Source: a virus (taxonomy: Duplodnaviria > Caudoviricetes). From it: a DNA stretch of 30,886 bases. Location of the stretch: the IMG/VR virus record IMGVR_UViG_3300010052_000007, positions 1 through 30,886 of that record. The stretch is one strand, 5' to 3'. A program made the translations under genes and the position numbers. Positions 9,458 through 16,521 of this stretch are shown one piece after another (the first letter of the stretch is position 1; the number at the start of each line of letters is the position of its first letter). The notes under the pieces are model-generated. The model saw only the letters and a list, made by a program, of their open reading frames with translations. It ran no database searches and was not told the DNA's origin.

Positions 9458-10029
9458 GGGACGGTGACCTTGAACTCCTGCATCTCCACGACGCGGCGCA
9501 CGAGGTCGGTCATGTCTGCCGGCGCGATCCGCTTGGAGAGCCAGCCGGACCAGTCGCCCTCGGTGAGCTTCTCGTCGTTCCAGGAGACTGCCCAGTCGCC
9601 GAGGTTGGCCATGAGGTCGGTGGTGTTGACCACGCCGTTGCCGTTGCGGGTGTCGGAGATGTTGCCCTCGCGCGGGGGGTGGTCGTCCTTGTACGCCTGC
9701 CAGGCGGCGCCGTCGACACCGTTGAGCTGCAGGTCGCCCTCGTAGTCGCGCATCTGGTCCCACAGCGCGCTCAGCTCGGCGTCGATCTCGGCCACCCGCG
9801 GCGGCATCTCGGGCTCGGCGCGCTCGGCGGCCTTGCGGACGCGGGCCTGGGCCTCGCGGTCCTCCTCGCCCTGGCCGGCGGTGGCGGTGGCGTTGATGAT
9901 GAGGTCGGCCTTCTCCGAGCTGAGGCGCTGGACCTTCTCGACGAGCTCGAGGTTGAGGCACAGGCGAACAGAGCGGGTGGGGAGCTTGGCGGCCTTCTCG
10001 GCTCGCAGTTCCGCGAGGGTCTTGGGCAT
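9400..10029 (-). CDS. Tail assembly chaperone (gpG-like), 209 aa
   Basis: ATG 10029 with AGGAG RBS (MPKTLAELRAEK...); lies between major tail and TMP; ends with a slippery site. Confidence 0.9.
   Translation of the reverse strand: MPKTLAELRAEKAAKLPTRSVRLCLNLELVEKVQRLSSEKADLIINATATAGQGEEDREAQARVRKAAERAEPEMPPRVAEIDAELSALWDQMRDYEGDLQLNGVDGAAWQAYKDDHPPREGNISDTRNGNGVVNTTDLMANLGDWAVSWNDEKLTEGDWSGWLSKRIAPADMTDLVRRVVEMQEFKVTVPPKALSGSPSTLSAESADA
9451..9457 (-). other. Programmed -1 ribosomal frameshift site C CCA AAA
   Basis: Minus strand reads GTC CCC CCA AAA GCC; X XXY YYZ heptamer in the correct phase near the end of the chaperone gene. Confidence 0.88.
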
Positions 10030-10038
10030 GGGGTTCTC

Positions 10039-10093
10039 CTGCCGGGTGGTTGCCGAGTGGCCCCGTCCGCGACTCGGCAGCGCGGACGGGGCC
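10039..10093 (-). promoter_or_regulatory. 13-bp hairpin whose loop is complementary to downstream sequence (pseudoknot/switch) ahead of the tail chaperone RBS
   Basis: 10059-10071 pairs perfectly with 10081-10093; loop CUGCCGAGU is complementary to 10051-10058 and to 10039-10044. Confidence 0.6.
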
Positions 10094-10105
10094 GTCTTGG
10101 GTGGA

Positions 10106-10630
10106 TCAGGCCGCGACGACGCCGTTGATGGGCTCGCCACCGTCGGCGTAGATCACGGACTGGGTGATCGAGAACTGGTCGAACTCGCCGTCGCCGGTCC
10201 GGCCGCGGCGCTGGCGACCGAGCTTGACCTTGTGGGCGATGTAGGAGTCGCCGGCCGCGAAGGTGGAGCCCTTGCCGTCCATGCCCTGGAACTCGAGCAG
10301 GATCTTGGTCGTGCCCGGGGTCATGAGCGTGCGGGCCTCGTTGCCGGGGGCGGCGTCGTCCTCCTGCGGGAGGTGGCTGTACTGCAGGTCGGTGATGGTG
10401 TCGGTGGTGTTGCCGAACTCCTGGGGCACCTTGCGGCTGCACATCTTGCGGGGGCCCTCGCCGACGTTCTCGCCGCCCTCGGAGACGAAGTCCCCGTAGA
10501 GGTGACAGGTGAGGATCTCGCCCGCGGTGACGGCGGTGAGCGGGATGGCGGCGAGGTTGGTCGCGGTGTCGAGCACCACGAGCCGGGAGTACCCCTGGGA
10601 CTTCTGGGTCTCGGGCATGGTGACGGTCAT
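10106..10630 (-). CDS. Major tail (tube) protein, 174 aa
   Basis: AGGAGG RBS; LTCHLY...RKMCSRKVPQEFG...LQYSHLPQ pattern of actinophage tail tube proteins; synteny. Confidence 0.88.
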   Translation of the reverse strand: MTVTMPETQKSQGYSRLVVLDTATNLAAIPLTAVTAGEILTCHLYGDFVSEGGENVGEGPRKMCSRKVPQEFGNTTDTITDLQYSHLPQEDDAAPGNEARTLMTPGTTKILLEFQGMDGKGSTFAAGDSYIAHKVKLGRQRRGRTGDGEFDQFSITQSVIYADGGEPINGVVAA

Positions 10631-10631
10631 G

Positions 10632-10919
10632 TCAGTCCTCCTGGGAAGGCGGGTTGGTGATCGGGCTGTCGCCGGTCGACGCAGCCGGGGCGGACGACGC
10701 AGCCGACGCCGCCTTCTTCGCCGCCGCCTTGTCGGCGACGGACGTCTTGGGCTTGACCGGCCGCCCGCCGGCCCGGGTCTCGGGTCGGGGGTTGCCGGAG
10801 CGGGTGTGGGTGGGCTCGTCGAGGACGGTCAGGCCGCGGCGCTCGGCGTCGGCGCGGCCGACGTTGAACTCGGTGTCGCCGACGCGGACGCGGACCAGGT
10901 CGGTGGCGAGATCGGACAT
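10632..10919 (-). CDS. Small hypothetical protein with Ala/Lys/Pro-rich tail, 95 aa
   Basis: ATG 10919 with AAGGAG RBS (MSDLATDLVRVRVGDTEFNV...); slot between tail terminator and major tail. Confidence 0.8.
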   Translation of the reverse strand: MSDLATDLVRVRVGDTEFNVGRADAERRGLTVLDEPTHTRSGNPRPETRAGGRPVKPKTSVADKAAAKKAASAASSAPAASTGDSPITNPPSQED

Positions 10920-10944
10920 GAGGGACTCCTTGTGGTCGGTCGAC

Positions 10945-11331
10945 TCAGAGGGCGTGCGTGTACTGCTCGGCGCCGGAGAACCAACCGTTGTCCGGCCCGG
11001 CGGGGCGAGCGGTCTCGAACTGGATCGGGGCCGTGACCTGCCCGGCGACCGGGAGGCACTGGAACTCGAGTGCGGTCCGGCAGGTGTCGAGCGTCTTGTG
11101 GACGTTGTCGACGCTGGCCTGGGACACGGCACGGAGCAGGGTCCGGTAGCCGGCGACGTCGGAGACTGCGCTGGCCTTGGGGTTGCCGCCGAAGCGTCGG
11201 GTCACGATGACCTCGACGTACTCGGCCGGCCTGATGGCGGGCACCTGGCCGAGCGGGTAGGCGCGGCACTTCGGCGGCAGGGCAGCATTCAGTGCCTCGA
11301 CGATGGCGTCGAGGTTGGAGGCGGTGGACAT
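10945..11331 (-). CDS. Tail terminator-like protein, 128 aa
   Basis: Size and synteny; AYPLGQVP...YVEVIV...WFSGAEQYTH pattern. Confidence 0.7.
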   Translation of the reverse strand: MSTASNLDAIVEALNAALPPKCRAYPLGQVPAIRPAEYVEVIVTRRFGGNPKASAVSDVAGYRTLLRAVSQASVDNVHKTLDTCRTALEFQCLPVAGQVTAPIQFETARPAGPDNGWFSGAEQYTHAL

Positions 11332-11736
11332 CTACCGGAACCCGGCTCGCTGGAACAGGTCGCCGAGCTCGTCGCCGATGGCCTTGGGGAACTCGACGGC
11401 GAGGATGTCGACAGAGCGGTCGAGGTTCTGGTGCGGCGATGCCTGGTTGATCGACCCGAACTCGTAGCCGCTGGCCTTCGAGCCCTGCGGCAGCGCGGAG
11501 TCGGGGCCGTACTCCCAGTCCATGTCACCGCGGCGCTCGGCGGTGAACGAGGGGGCGTAGTCGATGTCGACGTCGGAGAACATGGTGTGCTGCTCGGCCG
11601 CGAAGCCCTTGGCGGCGTCGTTGCCGCGCTTGGCGGCCTTCTTGACGACCTTCGCCATCTGGGGCCGGAAGCGGCGCTCGATCGTGGTCATGTCGTCGAC
11701 CAGCTCGTCGATCTGGTGCTGCACGTGGACGCGCAT
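11332..11736 (-). CDS. Neck/tail-completion protein (HK97 gp10-like), 134 aa
   Basis: ATG 11736 overlaps the upstream TGA; WEYGPD...GYEFGSINQASPH motif. Confidence 0.78.
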   Translation of the reverse strand: MRVHVQHQIDELVDDMTTIERRFRPQMAKVVKKAAKRGNDAAKGFAAEQHTMFSDVDIDYAPSFTAERRGDMDWEYGPDSALPQGSKASGYEFGSINQASPHQNLDRSVDILAVEFPKAIGDELGDLFQRAGFR

Positions 11737-12200
11737 CAGACCTCCAGCTCGATGACGTCGAGACGCCGTGCGGTGGCGTAGGACTTCACGGGGACCGAGA
11801 CGACCATGTAGCGGCGGCCGAGCAGGGCGATGTCGGCGTCCGAACCGACCGCGAGCACGACGTACTCCCATGCGCCGCCGACCTGGCCGCGCTCCTCGCC
11901 CGGGTTCGGGAGCTTCGCGGCGATCGGGATGTGCAGACCACCGGCGAGCACGGGACGGTCGGTGCCGCCGATCTTGATGTAGCGGGTCGGGGTGTCGCCG
12001 CCGGCCTGGGCGCCGGCCTGGACCTTCCCGAACGTCTGGCCCTCGAACGTGAAGTTGGGGACGTCGTAGCCGTCGGCGTCCTTGGTGAGTCCGGTGGGGG
12101 AGTAGGCGGCCAGGGTGAGGGTCATCATCGACTCGGCCTGGCGGCGCAGCTCGGGGAGGGCGGCGGTGATGTCGTCGTTGATGGTGGGTTCGAGGCTCAC
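11736..12200 (-). CDS. Head-to-tail stopper, 154 aa
   Basis: RRQAESMM...FEGQTFGKVQ...LHIPI...KSYATARRL pattern; synteny. Confidence 0.78.
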   Translation of the reverse strand: MSLEPTINDDITAALPELRRQAESMMTLTLAAYSPTGLTKDADGYDVPNFTFEGQTFGKVQAGAQAGGDTPTRYIKIGGTDRPVLAGGLHIPIAAKLPNPGEERGQVGGAWEYVVLAVGSDADIALLGRRYMVVSVPVKSYATARRLDVIELEV

Positions 12201-12580
12201 GCGATGTCCTGGGGGGATCGGACGGCGATGGTGTAGCTGGTGGCGTTGACGGCGGGGCCGAAGAGGCTCCAGAGGTTGTCGGTGATGTCGGCGGGCGTGA
12301 CGGGGTCGTAGCGGCGGGTGACGTTGCCGTCGTCGACTGAGACGGTGATGCTGGTCGCGCCTCCACCGGCGAGGAGGGGGCGGGCCTTGGCGGCGGCGAT
12401 CTCGGTCTCGACGTACTTCACGGCGTCGGGGTCGAGGTCGGCGATGGGGCCCAGGCGTGCCTTGAGGTGGAGTTCGACGCCGTTGAGCCAGTAGGTGATC
12501 TGGCCCTGCTGTTCGGGGGTGAGCGAGTCGGAGGGGCGGCCGAGGGCGACCGCTACTTCTTGCCAGGTGGCGAGTGCCAT
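12197..12580 (-). CDS. Head-to-tail adaptor, 127 aa
   Basis: MALATWQEVAVALGR...SITVSVDDGNVTRRY, typical of actinophage adaptors. Confidence 0.82.
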   Translation of the reverse strand: MALATWQEVAVALGRPSDSLTPEQQGQITYWLNGVELHLKARLGPIADLDPDAVKYVETEIAAAKARPLLAGGGATSITVSVDDGNVTRRYDPVTPADITDNLWSLFGPAVNATSYTIAVRSPQDIA

Positions 12581-12599
12581 GACCGCCCCTCCTTCGTGC

Positions 12600-13262
12600 T
12601 CAGGACCGCCGGGTGGCGGTCTTCTTGGCGGTCCGCTTCGCGGCGGGCTTGGCCGGCGTCTCGTCCTCGTCCTCGTCCTCGACCTGGGCGTCAGCGTTGG
12701 TCTCGGTCTTGGCGTCGGGCTTGGTGTCGGGCGTGGCGTTGGCGCGTCCCTGCTTGGCGGAGCCGGGGTCGGAGATGTCGAGGTCGCCGCGGTCGCTGGT
12801 GTCGGGGACTTCGACGTCGGCAGCCTCGGCTGCCGTCTTCCCCTCGACCAGTCGGGCCTGGGCGAACTCGGTCTCGCGCTTGTCCTGCTTGCCGGCGTCC
12901 TCGGCGAACACCTCGCCGGGACGGATGCCCGCAGGCCCGGAGGCGTGGATCTCGGGAGAGATCACGTCCGAGCCGTGGGGGTTGCCCTGGCCGGCGTTGG
13001 TGGGGGCGAGGAAGTCCTCGGGCTCGGGGTCGACGGCTGCGTCGCGCAGCCGGGTGCCGACGGTGACCTCGGTGAGGTCTCGCGGGTCCGGCGGCTCGGG
13101 TGCAGCGTGGGGGTTCTCGGTCTCGCCGTCCACGGTGTAGCCCGCGGCTCGGTAGTAGTTGAGAGCCGCCTCGTCCTCGACCTCGGCGGCGCCGTCGGTG
13201 AAGACGGCGCCGCCGGGGCCGGGGCCGGCGTAGTGCTTGTTGGGGGCCTCGACCTTCGCCAT
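12600..13262 (-). CDS. Acidic, low-complexity hypothetical (possibly head-associated) protein, 220 aa
   Basis: ATG 13262 with AAGGGAG RBS (MAKVEAPNKHYAG...AALNYYRAAGYTV); D/E/P-rich with a basic C-terminus; follows the capsid gene. Confidence 0.8.
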   Translation of the reverse strand: MAKVEAPNKHYAGPGPGGAVFTDGAAEVEDEAALNYYRAAGYTVDGETENPHAAPEPPDPRDLTEVTVGTRLRDAAVDPEPEDFLAPTNAGQGNPHGSDVISPEIHASGPAGIRPGEVFAEDAGKQDKRETEFAQARLVEGKTAAEAADVEVPDTSDRGDLDISDPGSAKQGRANATPDTKPDAKTETNADAQVEDEDEDETPAKPAAKRTAKKTATRRS

Positions 13263-13300
13263 GGCTACCAACTCCCTTCTGTCTCGGTCCCGGCTCTTGG

Positions 13301-14293
13301 TCAGGAGAGGCGGATGTTGCGGCGGACCGCGGCGGCCTTGGTGGCCTTGAGGGCGACCGAGACGGGGCCCAGCTCGACCTCTCCGGTCTTGACCGCACCG
13401 GCGGTGGTGAAGTCGGGCAGCCAGGTGTTGATGAGCGGCTGGCCGGCCAGGGAGACGCCGTGGAAGCCCTGCATGCCCAGGCGCACGGCGTACAGGTCGG
13501 TGTAGTTGCCGGCCTGGCCGCCCACGGTCTTGGCGGTGACGGGGATGACGTCGGTGTTCGTGCCGGCCTTGGTGCCCATGTCGACGATCCAGACGTTGCC
13601 GAACTTCTCGACGCGGATGGTGCCCTCGGGGCCCTCGTCGATGATGACGGGGTCGCTGACGTACATGCTGGCCCGGCGGGCGATGCCGCGGAGCTTGGTG
13701 AGCAGCTTGGTGTTGCCGAGCAGGGCGGTGGCGGGGCCGTTGAGCATGGCGAGCAGCTCGTCGACCACGTCGATGGCCGCGAACGCGGTGTCGTTGCCGG
13801 CTGCGACCGTGGTCCAGTCGGTGCCGGCGGCGGCGCCCAGCTCGGTCGAGGAGCCGGTGAGGGCCTTGGACAGGCCGTCGAAGCCGTTGGCGTCGACCGC
13901 GGTGTCGCCGTTGATGATGGCGTCGTTGAACGCGGCGACGGCACCCTCGATCTTGTTCTTCATCTGGAACTCGGTCTCCGCAGCGGCGGCGACCTTGTCG
14001 AGGACGCGGTCGATCTGGAACGACCCGCCGAGCGGCTTGAGGTCGGTCGAGAAGCGCTGCTTGGTGACCTCCTGCGGCGTGTACTCGCTGTTGATCGCGC
14101 GGAAGCCGGCGGTGGCCTGCGTGATCTGGCGGTTGTAGCCGTAGGTGAGGGTGCCGCCGGCACCGGCGCCGTTGACGGCGTCGTGGAAGGGCAGGTTGCC
14201 CACCAGCCACGACTGCTTGAGGAACTCGTTGATGACGAAGAGGTCGACGTCGTCGGTGGTGTTGAGCTTCGCCTGGGCGAGGGAAACGGGCAT
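13301..14293 (-). CDS. Major capsid protein (HK97 fold), 330 aa
   Basis: AAGGAG RBS; FRAINSEY, LGGSFQIDR and IINGD...FDGL motifs; follows the scaffold. Confidence 0.93.
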   Translation of the reverse strand: MPVSLAQAKLNTTDDVDLFVINEFLKQSWLVGNLPFHDAVNGAGAGGTLTYGYNRQITQATAGFRAINSEYTPQEVTKQRFSTDLKPLGGSFQIDRVLDKVAAAAETEFQMKNKIEGAVAAFNDAIINGDTAVDANGFDGLSKALTGSSTELGAAAGTDWTTVAAGNDTAFAAIDVVDELLAMLNGPATALLGNTKLLTKLRGIARRASMYVSDPVIIDEGPEGTIRVEKFGNVWIVDMGTKAGTNTDVIPVTAKTVGGQAGNYTDLYAVRLGMQGFHGVSLAGQPLINTWLPDFTTAGAVKTGEVELGPVSVALKATKAAAVRRNIRLS

Positions 14294-14333
14294 TGCTGTG
14301 CTCCTTCTTTGCTCTGCCCGTAGTGCCTACGGG

Positions 14334-14957
14334 TCAGTGGGTCTGGGCGGCGAGCCGGTTGGCGATCGCCTCACCCAGCGACCCCGCCCGGGCGGGCGGG
14401 TTCGGTCGGGGGCCGCCGGGGAACGGCGGGGTGCCGGTGGCGGCGGGGGCTGCCTTGAACACGTCGTCGGTGTCCAGGGCGGTCGTGATGGCCTTGCTGA
14501 GTGCCTCGGTGTCGGTGGGGTCGATGTCCTTGATCGAGGCGAGGAAGGTGCTGGAGTCGAGGAGCCGGGCGGCGTTGGCCTCGAGTGCGGGGGCGGCCTT
14601 GAACACGGCGAGCTGGAGGTTGGCGGCCCGAGCGTTGGCCTTCTCGGTCGCGATCTCTGCGGTGAGCGCCGTGGGGTCAGGGGGCGTGTCGTCCTTCTTG
14701 ACGCCGAGGGCGACCGCGAGGGCGTCCATCTGCTGCTGATGGGCGGTCTGCATCTCGCTGACCTGGGTCTCCAGCGCCTGGCGCTTGTCGCGTTCCTTGG
14801 CGAGGTCGGCGAGGATCGCGTCCTTGCCGCCCTTCGAGGGGTCGGGCTCGGCCGGCGGGTTGGCCGGGTCTGCCGGAGGCGCCGGGCTCGGCGCAGGAGC
14901 CGGGGCGGCCGGAGCCGGGGTGGGAGTCGGGTCGGGGTTCGGGTTGGGGTCGCCCAT
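14334..14957 (-). CDS. Capsid scaffolding protein, 207 aa
   Basis: Pro-rich N-terminus, GGKDAILADLAKERDKRQALE coiled coil, LLDSSTFL motif; directly upstream of the capsid gene. Confidence 0.88.
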   Translation of the reverse strand: MGDPNPNPDPTPTPAPAAPAPAPSPAPPADPANPPAEPDPSKGGKDAILADLAKERDKRQALETQVSEMQTAHQQQMDALAVALGVKKDDTPPDPTALTAEIATEKANARAANLQLAVFKAAPALEANAARLLDSSTFLASIKDIDPTDTEALSKAITTALDTDDVFKAAPAATGTPPFPGGPRPNPPARAGSLGEAIANRLAAQTH

Positions 14958-14979
14958 CTCGGGTTCTCCTGAGGGTTGC

Positions 14980-15031
14980 GGGCGCTCCCTCGCGGAGCAG
15001 CCCTGTGGGCCCGTCCGCGTCTCGCGGCGGG
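14980..15031 (-). promoter_or_regulatory. Tandem GNRA-N pentaloop hairpins in the scaffold leader
   Basis: CCCG-CCGC[GAGAC]GCGG-A-CGGG (15010-15031) and GGGC-U-GCUCC[GCGAG]GGAGC-GCCC (14980-15003). Confidence 0.55.
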
Positions 15032-15089
15032 AGTCGGTGAGGGTCGAGGCCGTCGGTAGGACCCAGTGGCCTGGATGGCGCTGTCGGCG

Positions 15090-15095
15090 TACACT
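15090..15095 (+). promoter_or_regulatory. Putative -10 element TACACT, convergent with the MuF-nuclease gene
   Basis: TANNNT hexamer about 7 nt upstream of the hairpin at 15103; weak -35-like TGGCCT at 15067-15072 (17-nt spacer). Confidence 0.5.
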
Positions 15096-15101
15096 CGAAG
15101 G

Positions 15102-15149
15102 TGAAGCGGGGCGGCCTCGGTGTTAACTGGGGATGCGCCCCGCTTTGTT
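15102..15149 (+). ncRNA. Candidate small hairpin RNA (possible RNA antitoxin)
   Basis: Outer stem 15103-15113/15136-15146, inner stem 15115-15120/15127-15132 with two G-U pairs possible only on the plus strand, loop UGUUAA, 3' end UUUGUU; upstream -10 box. Confidence 0.45.
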
Positions 15150-16521
15150 AGTTCAGCGGGATCCTGATCAGCCGGCCGTGGCTCATGACCCACAGGCGCT
15201 CGATCTTTCGACCCGCGGTGTGGTTGTAGTCGCGCAGGGCCTCGAGAGCCTCCGGCGCTACGTCGCGGTCTCCGACGTCAACCACGACGTTCGCGACTGT
15301 CGGACGGCGCTTGTTCTTGGCTGTGGCCTTCGCGATCTGTCGAGCGATGTGCTTGGCATCGACCGGGGTCGTCGCGCGCAGGCCCTTGTGTTCGACCAGG
15401 AGGTCGACCGGGAGCGATGGGTCGAACTCGGCACTGGTGTGCCACACGAAGTCGTTGGCCGGCAGGGTGCCGATCTCGTCGGCGCCATTGGACCCGGTCG
15501 GGATCCACGAGATGCGCTGGCCGAGTCCGGTGACCATCCGCTCGGCGAACCGGACCTCGTCGTCCTCGAGCGACTCGCCAGAGGCGTTGAACCGCTCACC
15601 TTCCAGCGCAGCTTGTCGGGCGTTCCAGTACCGCACGTAGTCCGGGTCGCCCGGCTCGGGCTCCGGCGCGGGCGTAGGTGGCTGCGGTGGCCGTGGCGGC
15701 TGCGGTGGCCCGTCTCCTGAGGAACTGTCGACGCTCGGCGCGGGGGTGCGTCGGCGGCTGGACAGGTCGACGTAGCCGTTGTCGGACAGCAGGTCGACGA
15801 GGGCCTCGCGGTCCTCGCCGGCCGCGCGGAAGATGCCCTCGGGGGTCATCTTGCCGTTGCGGGCCAGAACGTGGCCGGACTCCTTGAGCCCAGCGGCCTT
15901 CGCGCGGACGTTGACAACCTGGTTGAAGTCGACGTCGTGCTCGAGGATCGCCCGCCGGTCGGCCTTCGACAGGCCGGTGACGAGCCCGCGGCGAGCGAGG
16001 TCGACGGGATCCTGCACGAGGTCGCGGTTGGCGAGCGTCGTGGGGATCATGACGCAGTCGCAGCCGGGGTGGCGCAGGAACCCGGTGGAGTAGCGGTAGA
16101 CCCGGCCAGCCAGGACCACGCAGCGTGAGCACGAGGGCGGGTCGAGGTAGCGGACGTGTCCGATGTCCTCGCGGACCGCCACGGCGACCTCTTCGGCTGC
16201 CCGGCCGGCGTCTTGGACGAGGGACTCGACGAGCCGGTCGAAGCCGAGGTCGCCGGCCTCGTCGAGCATCGCCTCGAGCATCTGGACCGAGGTGGTGAAC
16301 GCGGCCGAGTTCAGCAGCGCGTCCGCGGCGGCGTCGAGCGACTGCTCATCGAGCATCGCGGCCACAGCGCGGCTGGCGAGCTGGGCCTGTGCGACCTGGT
16401 ACTTCGCGACGACCGTCCCGACGGCGATGGTGCCGCGGGATCGGACCCGGCGGGCCTCCCGGGCGGCCGAGCGGGCGGTCAGCGCGGAGCGGCGGTAGTG
16501 CTCAGTTGCGGTCCGCAGCAT
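15148..16521 (-). CDS. MuF-like minor head protein with C-terminal CdiA-like PD-(D/E)xK nuclease (toxin) domain, 457 aa
   Basis: Between portal and scaffold; RYLDPPSCSRCVVLAGR...FLRHPGCDC MuF-type motif; Pro-rich linker; CTD with E..FAERM...ANDFVW...VEHKGL...IARQIAKA...VVVDV...IERLWVM pattern. Confidence 0.8.
   Translation of the reverse strand: MLRTATEHYRRSALTARSAAREARRVRSRGTIAVGTVVAKYQVAQAQLASRAVAAMLDEQSLDAAADALLNSAAFTTSVQMLEAMLDEAGDLGFDRLVESLVQDAGRAAEEVAVAVREDIGHVRYLDPPSCSRCVVLAGRVYRYSTGFLRHPGCDCVMIPTTLANRDLVQDPVDLARRGLVTGLSKADRRAILEHDVDFNQVVNVRAKAAGLKESGHVLARNGKMTPEGIFRAAGEDREALVDLLSDNGYVDLSSRRRTPAPSVDSSSGDGPPQPPRPPQPPTPAPEPEPGDPDYVRYWNARQAALEGERFNASGESLEDDEVRFAERMVTGLGQRISWIPTGSNGADEIGTLPANDFVWHTSAEFDPSLPVDLLVEHKGLRATTPVDAKHIARQIAKATAKNKRRPTVANVVVDVGDRDVAPEALEALRDYNHTAGRKIERLWVMSHGRLIRIPLN

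Noticed and set aside
14327-15193. ORF crossing the MuF-scaffold gap as a possible immunity gene
   Set aside because: Overlaps the scaffold out of frame along its whole length, is low-complexity Arg/Pro, and has no RBS.
15133-15720. Plus-strand 195-aa ORF antisense to the toxin domain as possible immunity
   Set aside because: Its ATG is buried in the hairpin and it lies almost entirely antisense to the toxin CDS like other shadow ORFs. Not fully excluded, since a plus-strand promoter lies upstream; ribosome profiling would settle it.
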